A program made the translations under genes and the position numbers. The notes under the pieces are model-generated. The model searched no databases, was not told where the DNA came from, and was given only the letters and a program-made list of their open reading frames with translations. A DNA stretch of 40,000 nt from Myxacorys californica WJT36-NPBG1 (GTDB taxonomy: Bacteria; Cyanobacteriota; Cyanobacteriia; Leptolyngbyales; Leptolyngbyaceae): NCBI GenBank assembly GCA_019359315.1, contig JAHHHO010000021.1:18078-58077 (forward strand), in the 5' to 3' direction. Positions 16,105 through 24,632 of this stretch are shown piece after piece (within the stretch, counting starts at the first letter, position 1; each line of letters starts with the position of its first letter).

Positions 16105-18339
16105 TTGCTACTGGGATCTGTTATCTCACACCTGATAAAGGGAATTCTACTAGTAAAGTGTTTTGCTAGGAATATTGTGATGCCTGAAGCTACTGATGTT
16201 CGTAAACTTGCCAGAGCTTGCATTACAAGAATCTCAAAGACGCTTATAGCCGAGCGAAGGGAACGGATCCTACCAGAATTTAGGTTAGATAGTTTTCAAC
16301 AGCGCGTGGTTGATTCACAAGCCAGGTTCATGCGCGTAGTTGCACCTGCTGGCTCTGGCAAAACACGCACTCTAATTGCTAAAGCGATTAACGTTCTCGA
16401 TGCCAACGACAATTCTCGTGTTCTTTGTCTAACCTTCACAAATGCAGCCGCGAATGAGTTTCGAGAGCGGGCTAGTAAACTACATACCTCTTTGGCAAAT
16501 CGTTTACAAGTATCAACTTTGAATGCTTTTGGTTACGACACGCTTAAAGTTACAAATGAATCTTTAAAAGTTGTTTCCCCAAGCAACAAAATTATTGGAG
16601 TTGCTTACGGAGTAATAAAGAAACTCATGCCTGAAAGTTCTATTTGGGGGGGTGAGACTCAACCTCAGTTCTATGCTCCAATATTAGAACTTGCTGATAT
16701 GACGAAAAGCCTTGGCTTTGATCACCTAGCTGATAGGAGCGAGGCTCAGGAACAGTACAGTTTTGTAGAAGCACTCGATATGGTGCCACTTCTGCAAAAT
16801 CTGATGGCAGAAATTGGAATTGAAGATAGCCCCAAGACTGCATTCACTAGCACATGGTTTCCCTTTTGGAAGAAGCTAACTGAGAAGCTTTGGAAATCAA
16901 ATTTAATCACGCTTGATGATCAAAAATATTGGGCACTAAATAGGCTTGCAAATCACGGTGGCACACAACAATGGCTATGTGGCAAAAGATTTTCCCACAT
17001 TTTAGTTGATGAGTTCCAAGATATTAATATCCTAGATCTTTTTCTTATTTCGCAAATTGCCCTGGTTACAGAAGCTTCACTGATTATTGTAGGAGATGAC
17101 GATCAATGCATCTACGAATGGCGCGGTTGTACTTCGTTATTCATTCAGCGTCCGGATCTCTTTTTCGAGTCAGTCTTAGGAGACCAAGAATTTGAAACTG
17201 TGTTACTCAAACGAAACTATCGGTGTCCCCACAATATCGTAATTCACTCAAAGCATCTCATTAATACTAATCAAGATCGAATTGAAAAAGACACAGTACC
17301 TATGCGTGAGGATGATGCCGACATTCGTATTATTCCTCTGCCAGCAGCTTACATGACTATGAATGTTGTTGATGAACTTGCCGCTTTTTTAGCTGACAAA
17401 CACCCTCAACACACAGTAGCTATTGTCGGACGCAAGAAATGCCAACTCATACCTATACAAATTTTGTTAACTCGACGGGGTACAAAATTCGCGATCGATA
17501 CTGATCTAAACGTCTTTGGCGGCAAAGCTTTTCAAGATTTCCGAAAGTTTATGGAGTTTCCTAAAATATACACTCAAGCTAGACAAACCTCAAAAAATGT
17601 TGAAGATCTTTTGGCGTTACTAAATAGAATTAAGAAAACACCCGTAAGCAAACAGGAAAATCAAGAAATCCATAAATGGTTAAGCGAGAAGAAGCCTAAG
17701 ACACTTCAAGAAGCAGTAATAAAGTTTAGTGAATATCCTGGAAAGTTTAAGAGAGGATTTGTTCAACCAAAAGAAGTTACTTCTGATTTAATATTCTTTC
17801 TTGAAAGTACTTCTGTTGTGGCATCCTTGTACCGAGCTGGCGATGTGTTCAAGGGATTTCAGAAAGATTTTGTGAAATCAAAGGAAGATATTTTTTACTC
17901 TGATCCTCCGTTTAGTCATCTTGCTGATTTAGCTGTTAACTACGACAATGATTTTGATGCATTTTTAAGTGACATAGATCGTGCAATTGAGAGAGCTGCT
18001 GGTGCTGATCCTCGCGGCGCTAAAATCGAACTTATGACTGCTCTTCGAACTAAGGGTAGGGAATTCGACACAGTTATTGTTCTCGATGTTAATGATGGTA
18101 TTTGGCCTAATAAGAAGTCTCAAGAAGAAGGACGGCTAGAAGAAGAACGCCGCTTATTTTACGTTACTGTTACACGCACTAAGAATAATCTTTTACTTTT
18201 TGAGAGTGGTAGAGTTCAGGGACAACGTATGGCAGCTTCACCCTTTATCCAGGAAATGGCACTCCCCACTAGTGCTTGGCTGTCTGATCCTCAGTTAGAG
18301 AGACTTTCACATGAGCTTTTAGCACAGTTAAAGATATAA
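16105..18339 (+). CDS. UvrD/Rep-type SF1 helicase (copy 2)
   Basis: 'VVAPAGSGKTRTLIAK', 'ILVDEFQDINILD', 'IVGDDDQCIYEWRG', 'RNYRCPHNIV', 'MTALRTKGREFDTVIVL', 'RLFYVTVTRTKNNLLLF'. The likely real start is ATG at 16180 ('MPEATDV'). Confidence 0.85.
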   Translation: MLLGSVISHLIKGILLVKCFARNIVMPEATDVRKLARACITRISKTLIAERRERILPEFRLDSFQQRVVDSQARFMRVVAPAGSGKTRTLIAKAINVLDANDNSRVLCLTFTNAAANEFRERASKLHTSLANRLQVSTLNAFGYDTLKVTNESLKVVSPSNKIIGVAYGVIKKLMPESSIWGGETQPQFYAPILELADMTKSLGFDHLADRSEAQEQYSFVEALDMVPLLQNLMAEIGIEDSPKTAFTSTWFPFWKKLTEKLWKSNLITLDDQKYWALNRLANHGGTQQWLCGKRFSHILVDEFQDINILDLFLISQIALVTEASLIIVGDDDQCIYEWRGCTSLFIQRPDLFFESVLGDQEFETVLLKRNYRCPHNIVIHSKHLINTNQDRIEKDTVPMREDDADIRIIPLPAAYMTMNVVDELAAFLADKHPQHTVAIVGRKKCQLIPIQILLTRRGTKFAIDTDLNVFGGKAFQDFRKFMEFPKIYTQARQTSKNVEDLLALLNRIKKTPVSKQENQEIHKWLSEKKPKTLQEAVIKFSEYPGKFKRGFVQPKEVTSDLIFFLESTSVVASLYRAGDVFKGFQKDFVKSKEDIFYSDPPFSHLADLAVNYDNDFDAFLSDIDRAIERAAGADPRGAKIELMTALRTKGREFDTVIVLDVNDGIWPNKKSQEEGRLEEERRLFYVTVTRTKNNLLLFESGRVQGQRMAASPFIQEMALPTSAWLSDPQLERLSHELLAQLKI

Positions 18340-18391
18340 ACATACCACCATCCCCTACTTGTAGATAAGCTTGAGTATAACTAGTAATCAA

Positions 18392-19309
18392 CTAACTAAT
18401 TGAAGAGCTAACGACCTCCTGAAGAGCATTTCGATGTCCAAATCTTTGGTAGTCGTAGCGGGCATCCCACCAAAGCCAGTTAGTTGAATCTGCCCAAACG
18501 TTATGCTTTTTAAGTACTTCAAGGCGAGTGAGGGCCAGTCCTCCCAGTACGAGGTCGGGACGGCTCCAAGTGAGGAGATCGTCAAGTTGCTCATTAGAAA
18601 GCCCAAATTTTAAGCCGGTTGGCATACTGGGATCTGACTTGAGCAGGCCACCAAGGGCAATGTATTGGTAGCCGATGTTGCGATATTCACTGATGAGCGA
18701 TGATAAAAAGCTTCGAGGGGAGTTGTAGTGAGGAGGCAGTGCATCTTTCTGAGGAATGGGTTGACGGTTTTGCCACTTATAGAGGGCATCACCCACCTGC
18801 ACTACTCCAATTAGCTTGAATTCTCTAGGTCTCTGAGAGTATTCCTGCCATGCCAGACGGGCTAAGTGTAAAGATAGTAAAGGTTCACCAAATACATCAG
18901 GAGCAAGAACATAATCAGGGGAGACTTCTATGCACTGAGCAAAAAAGTTCTTAATGTTCTGCATCAATTTTTCTCTGCCAGCTAAAGCTTCTCCATGCAC
19001 CCAACGCCCATTTTTGTATTCTGCGTAATTTTCCACATACCAGGTAGAGCCTCTCTTCTCAAAAACATCACTGTCTAAGAAAAAGGGCTTCCCTGTGTCG
19101 CGGACACTTCTAAGAAAGTTTTTTGAACAAGATGAAAGAGGAGCCAGAATCCCAAATTCACCATCTATCTCCTTAGCTTTTCTTAATAAACCAAACCAAT
19201 CCATAGCTAAAACAGGAAAAAATTCCCTTTCATCGACAAGACAGACTAGTATGGCGTGCCACAATATGTCAGGTAGCGAAATGTACCATAGCAAGAGAAA
19301 ATTACACAT
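18392..19309 (-). CDS. Divergent TGT/DpdA-like transglycosylase paralogue (no C-terminal zinc Cys cluster)
   Basis: Its motifs are colinear with the two other TGT-like genes. These are 'FFLDSDVF' (vs DSGAH / DCGAF), 'LIGVVQVGD' (vs WGVVQGWD / MGVAQGWN) and 'YIALGGL' (vs YLAIAG / YVALGGL). The last is 'NVWADSTNW' (vs TSFDSSTW / TSFDSASP). An alternative start is ATG at 19204 ('MDWFGLL'). Confidence 0.55.
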   Translation of the reverse strand: MCNFLLLWYISLPDILWHAILVCLVDEREFFPVLAMDWFGLLRKAKEIDGEFGILAPLSSCSKNFLRSVRDTGKPFFLDSDVFEKRGSTWYVENYAEYKNGRWVHGEALAGREKLMQNIKNFFAQCIEVSPDYVLAPDVFGEPLLSLHLARLAWQEYSQRPREFKLIGVVQVGDALYKWQNRQPIPQKDALPPHYNSPRSFLSSLISEYRNIGYQYIALGGLLKSDPSMPTGLKFGLSNEQLDDLLTWSRPDLVLGGLALTRLEVLKKHNVWADSTNWLWWDARYDYQRFGHRNALQEVVSSSIS

Positions 19310-19327
19310 CGTTCCTGTTATACATAT

Positions 19328-20509
19328 ATGAGGGAAGAGGATGTTCTTCTAAAAACACATAGTTTTCTTAAGGCGCAAGGATTAAACGGGCAGTCTATAG
19401 TTCGTCTTTATACTGATGCGCATCATACCTTGTTGAAGAATCAAAAACTTCAACCGTTCCAAAGATTCACATTAAACATGGGAGACTTTGTACTTCATCC
19501 AGATTTAGTGGGTCAATTAGATGATGGTGAGTCGATATTTGCTCTAGAGGCTAAAGGGGCTGTCGGTACTAGTGAGTTAGTAAGGGGGCTAGCACAAGCT
19601 GAGCTATATCAGTCAGGATTCCACTATTCATTTTTAGCTACAGTAGTAAATGGTTTAGGAGAAAACTTACTGCAATTCGCTCGCCGTAAAAATATAGGAG
19701 TTATTGCAGTGAGCGAGGATGTAAAAATTTTAAATTTTCCAGAAGCACAGATGCCGTTTCGGAAAATCTTCCAAAGTATCGCACGGCAGATGGAAACGGT
19801 TATTCAGATTACAGAACAGCAAACTTTTCAGTATAATGCTCCCACTCATTATATGGTCTGGTCAGTAATATTAGAGCCACATATTGAATATGAAATAAGT
19901 GGAATTTCTAAGCTTCTAGAAAATTACCCTATACCCGAAGGCAAAAATAAAGATGGTTGGAAAGCGACCTTAGCAGGAGCAAGGAAATTAGGAATCGTCA
20001 ATCGTTCGGGAAATTTAATTAAGTTAACACCTATTGGTGAAGCTATTAAAGATATTCTAAGAACAAATTTAGATGAATGGATAGATGTACATGAAAAGGC
20101 TGGAGGTAAGAGAAGAAAGTACTATCTATTTGAGTATAAACCTCAAGCGGCTGCCTGTCTTCGCTTATTGCTTCTTCAAGAGCCAATACTCAATCTAGTA
20201 ATAGAGGGGCTGAAAAAATTTCCAAACTTTTCAACTACCTTTTCTGAGCTGGCAGTAGTCTGTGATGGGCTAGATCATGCTAGAGCACCTATTTTCTTCC
20301 TTAAACCAGAGGCTCTGGAATCATTAATCGATAGTAATGGACATATTGATTGGGATAAAACTGAGCCTAGAAATTATCGGGGTAGGATGTTCTTTCAATA
20401 CAAAAGAATTCTCCAACATGCTGGAGTCATAAAGCCTGATGTTTTAGGTGGTAGTAGCGTCAAAGAATATGAGAAAAATATAAGCAGAGACATTTGGACA
20501 TTAATTTGA
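19328..20509 (+). CDS. Protein with an N-terminal PD-(D/E)XK nuclease-like motif and a possible C-terminal winged helix
   Basis: 'FVLHPDLVGQLDDGESIFALEAKG' gives a PD...ExK arrangement. 'ARKLGIVNRSGNLIKLTPIGEAI' is wHTH-like. Its 3' end overlaps the next TGT-like gene by 16 nt. Confidence 0.45.
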   Translation: MREEDVLLKTHSFLKAQGLNGQSIVRLYTDAHHTLLKNQKLQPFQRFTLNMGDFVLHPDLVGQLDDGESIFALEAKGAVGTSELVRGLAQAELYQSGFHYSFLATVVNGLGENLLQFARRKNIGVIAVSEDVKILNFPEAQMPFRKIFQSIARQMETVIQITEQQTFQYNAPTHYMVWSVILEPHIEYEISGISKLLENYPIPEGKNKDGWKATLAGARKLGIVNRSGNLIKLTPIGEAIKDILRTNLDEWIDVHEKAGGKRRKYYLFEYKPQAAACLRLLLLQEPILNLVIEGLKKFPNFSTTFSELAVVCDGLDHARAPIFFLKPEALESLIDSNGHIDWDKTEPRNYRGRMFFQYKRILQHAGVIKPDVLGGSSVKEYEKNISRDIWTLI

Positions 20510-21498
20510 AGCCTTTATATTTTCTTCCATGGTGGCCATCTGACTATATTTGGAAGGAGTGGAACACTTCATTTGATATGGGTAGGATGACCGGATGGAC
20601 GAAGACATATTTGTGGGAAGTACTACCTAATCTAATTGATGGAATTGTTGTGTCTCGAATGGCTGTTTCTCTGAGACAAATCAAGTTACTTCGGCAAAAA
20701 CTTCGCTTTACCGGAGTAATTTTAGGAGACTCTGGAGCGCATTCTTATCGAAATTATGAGCACCCCCCATTTTCATGTGAAGATGTCTTAGAGTTTTATG
20801 CTCAGGGAGATTTTACCTATGGTTTAACCGTTGATATGGTTGCTTCTCCTTGGGTGCGTCCAGGAGGTTTGTCAGACGACGAATTGCAGAGTAGATTAGC
20901 GCTAACCATCAATAATGCTGAACGCTGTTTAGAGCTACATGAAAGGTATAATTATCCATTTACTTTATGGGGGGTTGTACAAGGTTGGGATGTCACAAGC
21001 TATCGATCGTGTGCTAAAGCTTTGCTCAAACTTGGGTTTACTTATTTGGCGATCGCGGGTCAACGGAAGCTCTCTTTAATCAGGGATGCAATAGATGCTG
21101 TTTCAGAAGAAGCACATCAACTTGGCAAGAAGATAAACATTCATGTATTAGGAACAGGAAATCCTAAAATTCTTGAGTTCTATATCCAAAAAGGCATTAC
21201 TTCATTTGATTCATCAACCTGGTTACGTAAAGCTTGGCTGAGTGAAAAGCATAATTACTTTCTTGTAACCGGAAAACATTATGATGCTTATCGAGCAACA
21301 AGAGTTGGATTAGGGGAATTTGATGTAAACAAGTTGAAATGGGATATAGAAATCAACTGCTCTTGCTATTTCTGTCGGAGTCTAGGACAACAAATTCTAT
21401 TATTTAGAGGACATGAAAGAAATACTCGAAGAGGGTTCCATAATATCTGCCAGTATGTTCAATTGCTCAAAGCACACCGGAAAGATGCTTTAGTCTAG
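20494..21498 (+). CDS. TGT/DpdA-like transglycosylase paralogue (short form, with Zn Cys cluster)
   Basis: 'LYFLPWW' (cf. 'YYIPEWDD' of the fusion protein), 'VILGDSGAHSY', 'WGVVQGWD', 'YLAIAGQ', 'GITSFDSSTWLRKAW', and the C-terminal 'CSCYFCRS...RGHERNTRRGFHN' (CxCxxC...H). Confidence 0.65.
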   Translation: MDINLKPLYFLPWWPSDYIWKEWNTSFDMGRMTGWTKTYLWEVLPNLIDGIVVSRMAVSLRQIKLLRQKLRFTGVILGDSGAHSYRNYEHPPFSCEDVLEFYAQGDFTYGLTVDMVASPWVRPGGLSDDELQSRLALTINNAERCLELHERYNYPFTLWGVVQGWDVTSYRSCAKALLKLGFTYLAIAGQRKLSLIRDAIDAVSEEAHQLGKKINIHVLGTGNPKILEFYIQKGITSFDSSTWLRKAWLSEKHNYFLVTGKHYDAYRATRVGLGEFDVNKLKWDIEINCSCYFCRSLGQQILLFRGHERNTRRGFHNICQYVQLLKAHRKDALV

Positions 21499-23554
21499 AC
21501 AGTTGTTCAGAACCTTGGTCAAGGTTCTCTTCTAGAAGAGCTTTGAACCGCTTATAGAAAACATAGGTATTGTGAAAACCTCGCCTACGGTTGCGATCGT
21601 TATTTCTAAAAATGACTGTTTCAATGCCCAATTCTTGACATATTAGGCACTTACATGAATTCCAAGGCTTTTCTTTAAGTATTTCTAGATAGAAAGGTTC
21701 AAGATCTATAGACTTCTTTGAATCAGTTTTGTTTTCTTGCTCTTCGATCAGCTTGCTGTAGGTCAGTACTGTTTTTAGTGTGGTTTCCAAATCCAGTGTT
21801 CCTACATCAAATTGTCTTAAAGCGTCCAGTGCTTCTTGTTCATATCTCTTAAAAGTTTCTAAATCGACAGAACCACTTTCAAGAGCACGCTTTATTTTTA
21901 ATCCTCGCTCTGTTGGGGGGACTCTGATAGCCATGAAAGTTTTGCTCGATAGAGTGTGATAGTTTTTTGTACCAGATAACCATGCTTGTCTCAGTGGACT
22001 TGCTGAGTCAAAACTCGTAACTCCCAAATGCCGAAATACTGGAATTGCCTCAATCCGAGCAACCCCAAACAAATGCAACCGCACATTTGGTTTGAGATGG
22101 GGAGAAATTGCCTTCAGGATTGGTACAATCTCCTTTGTTTGTGCACGAGCTAATCCACCTAGTGCCACATAGTCATATCCCATGCCAATTACTTCTTTCA
22201 CAGCATTGGCATAGGACTCTGGGTTCCACCCTTGAGCCACACCCATTGGAGTAAACGTATATCCTAATTCTCGATGCTTCTTGATAAAGTCTTCAGCATT
22301 CTTCAGCGTAATTTCGTACCGTTTTTCCCGTTCGCCTGGTTGAGCAAAGGGACCCACAATCAGATGGTCAATACTCACTCCATAGTTAAATCCCAAATTT
22401 TCGTAATACTCTAAAATTTCATCGGTATTGTATGGGGGCACTTCTTCCTTGATGTAACCAAATGCTCCACAATCTCCCATGATTTGCCCCGGAAACCGGA
22501 TGAAATTGTGGATTCCACCTGCTGCTTCCACCCGTGCCCGTTTTGTTTTGCTCTCATCAACCACGACTTTAGAGACTAAAATTCCGTCGTAGTTCGGTGA
22601 TGGATAAATCTCGTGAGCATAGATGTCATTATAGGGATCTCGACCTGGCGTGAGAGTATCGGTAAGAAAGCCATAGTTTGGATCTACGCGATCGTCCCAC
22701 TCTGGAATGTAATATTGCATTCCCAAGTGAACATTAGGTGCTGGCGGGCAGGGAGGAATGGCTAAATAGTCCTCCGTTTGGGGCTTAATAACTTGTTTAG
22801 AAGCCTTTTTAGCCGAAGGGATGGACAACCCCAATGTCAACTCTAACTGGGTCTCCTGCTGGTCGATCACTTTCTGAAAGACAGTTGGCTCCTCATAAAC
22901 CGTTTTTAATAATTCAGCGTCCTTACAGACTGCTTCTGCAAATCGTTTGAACAGAAATCCCTTTAACCCAACCAACCCATAGCGATAACGTTTTGCATCA
23001 GTATTGGACAACGGCAATATAAAAGTCTTCGCTGCTAAAGTCCTGATAAATCGAGTACTACTGTTAGATGCCAAAAATACTAACGTCTGGTCTGGTCTGG
23101 TTTCGACAGGCAGTGTCAGCGATCGTAGATAGTTCTCTCCTAGCAGTAAGAAAATGAGGTTATAAGGGGTGATCGCTTTCTCAAACGTACTATGCAAGTC
23201 GAGGGATCGTGCCCAATCATCTACTTCATTTACCCTCATGTTATTGAAGGTGACCTCATAAGGCGCGATCGCCCAGTTCTCCTCAATTAGCCCATACCCT
23301 GCTGACAAAATCGCGACATCAACTGCATCTTGCCCTAAAGCCTGGCGCAACAGTTGCACACCCTCCATCAGTCGAAGGTGCTGCATCCCTGTGTACATTT
23401 TTCCAGCGGTACAAAGAAACTCAGCCAATTCTGCTTCCCGTCGCTGAAGATGTTCAGGATCTTTGAAGTCTGCTAGGGTCAGTTGATTCTCAGGCTTAGC
23501 ACATTTTTCTCCAGTGCAGGATGTAACAACAAGAACACTAGGGTGGGGCATCAA
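21467..23554 (-). CDS. dpdA: DUF6884-like N-terminal domain fused to a DpdA-type DNA-guanine transglycosylase
   Basis: 695 aa. The N-terminus has '[11 protein letters not shown]...MYTGMQH...[22 protein letters not shown]', a DUF6884-like pattern. The C-terminal ~420 aa have '[16 protein letters not shown]', '[10 protein letters not shown]', 'MGVAQGWN', 'YVALGGLA', '[15 protein letters not shown]' and 'CKCLICQE...[13 protein letters not shown]'. Its start overlaps the queC stop by 4 nt (23551-23554). Confidence 0.75.
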   Translation of the reverse strand: MMPHPSVLVVTSCTGEKCAKPENQLTLADFKDPEHLQRREAELAEFLCTAGKMYTGMQHLRLMEGVQLLRQALGQDAVDVAILSAGYGLIEENWAIAPYEVTFNNMRVNEVDDWARSLDLHSTFEKAITPYNLIFLLLGENYLRSLTLPVETRPDQTLVFLASNSSTRFIRTLAAKTFILPLSNTDAKRYRYGLVGLKGFLFKRFAEAVCKDAELLKTVYEEPTVFQKVIDQQETQLELTLGLSIPSAKKASKQVIKPQTEDYLAIPPCPPAPNVHLGMQYYIPEWDDRVDPNYGFLTDTLTPGRDPYNDIYAHEIYPSPNYDGILVSKVVVDESKTKRARVEAAGGIHNFIRFPGQIMGDCGAFGYIKEEVPPYNTDEILEYYENLGFNYGVSIDHLIVGPFAQPGEREKRYEITLKNAEDFIKKHRELGYTFTPMGVAQGWNPESYANAVKEVIGMGYDYVALGGLARAQTKEIVPILKAISPHLKPNVRLHLFGVARIEAIPVFRHLGVTSFDSASPLRQAWLSGTKNYHTLSSKTFMAIRVPPTERGLKIKRALESGSVDLETFKRYEQEALDALRQFDVGTLDLETTLKTVLTYSKLIEEQENKTDSKKSIDLEPFYLEILKEKPWNSCKCLICQELGIETVIFRNNDRNRRRGFHNTYVFYKRFKALLEENLDQGSEQLSRLKHLSGVL

Positions 23555-23825
23555 AGCTCCTTACAAATAGCGACCAAATGACTAGGAACCGGAATGGAGG
23601 GTTCTAATTCCTGGTTATATAGCTCCCGTCCGATCGGCGTTGCTAAATCCGGTCTGCCTGCTTCGATCAGGGCACGATCGCGAATCCAGCAAGAGTCGCA
23701 CAACCCACAGGGTTCATCTTCTCCTTGATAACAAGACCAGGTGAGTTGAATGGGTAAACCCAATTATAATACCCGTTGCACAATGTCTACTTTGGAATCC
23801 ATCACCAGTGGAGCAACGAGCTTAG

Positions 23826-23973
23826 CCCTCATTTGTCACTCTCGCTAAAGCGAATTCTGAAACCTAGGCTTGGGGCGAGTTTCCTATTTTGAGGGCTCGA
23901 AAATGACAAAAGAGCAAAACGGAGATGCAGCAATGCTTTCAGCTTTTGCTCCTGCCAGAGTGACAAATGAGGG
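23826..23973. mobile_element. 148-bp MITE with perfect 17-bp terminal inverted repeats, inserted in queC
   Basis: TIRs are CCCTCATTTGTCACTCT (23826-23842) and AGAGTGACAAATGAGGG (23957-23973). They are flanked by the direct repeat TTAG (23822-23825 and 23974-23977), which fits the YTAR target duplication of IS5-group elements. No ORF inside. Confidence 0.8.
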
Positions 23974-24219
23974 TTAGAAGCATTTCCTTCTAGTCCAGCT
24001 TTGGAAGAGAGAGTGGCAAGGTGCTGAACAGCGTCCAGATACTCTGGTCGGCAGTCAGGATAGCCGGAGTAGTCCACTGCATTGATCCCCAGATAAATTG
24101 CTTCGGCTCCTTTGGCTTCTGCTAGGGAGAGAGCGATCGCCAGAAAGACTGTATTCCGTCCTGGTACATAGGTAATGGAAATGACACCAGGTTTAGCACC
24201 GTTAGTAGGCACGTCTATA

Positions 24220-24380
24220 AAACCCATTTGGGATCTTTTCCCGTGATACTTGGCTTTGAAGGAAGCCGTTACTCTGCGATCAATGGTAGAGCCTTCCTAG
24301 CAAAACCGTTTTCTGCCAAAAAATGAAGAAAACCAGCTAGCTGCAAGGCTTGTGATTTCAGGATTAGATCCCAAATGGGT
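24220..24380. mobile_element. ~161-bp MITE (different family) inserted in queC
   Basis: Inverted repeat CTATAAAACCCATTTGGGATCT (24215-24236) vs AGATCCCAAATGGGTTCTATAG (24366-24387), 21/22. The direct repeat TCTATA at 24214-24219 and 24381-24386 is the likely target duplication; its exact boundary is ambiguous because it overlaps the TIR. Removing 167 nt restores the queC frame. Confidence 0.7.
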
Positions 24381-24632
24381 TCTATAGCCTGGTCAGTGAG
24401 AGCAGAACCACCCCACTGCGCCAAATTCACATCTACCACAAAATGTTCCTTGATCCCCAAATGCTCAGCCACCCGCTTAGCAGCAATGAGTTCGCGATCG
24501 TGCCTTTGTCCGTAGTGGAGCGACAGGGCAATCAATTCGTAACCATCGGTGATCGCTTGAGCAGCAGAGGTTGATGAATCCAGACCACCAGACAATAAAA
24601 CAATGGCTTTGGAAGCACTCATAGGTTCACTC

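Larger units (their letters stand above)
23551..24622 (-). pseudogene. queC: 7-cyano-7-deazaguanine synthase gene, disrupted by two MITE insertions and one nonsense codon
   Basis: Three ORF fragments carry the QueC motifs in order. '[13 protein letters not shown]' (PP-loop) and '[10 protein letters not shown]' lie at 24387-24622. 'DVPTNG...TYVPGRN...[12 protein letters not shown]...GLEGN' lies at about 23974-24219. 'KLVAPLVMDSKVDIV' and '[23 protein letters not shown]' lie at 23551-23825. Deleting each insert plus one target duplication restores the frame ('QAI|DVP' and 'GLEGNAS|KLVAPL'). An in-frame TAA at 23764-23766 ('QRVL*LGLP') remains. Confidence 0.85.
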
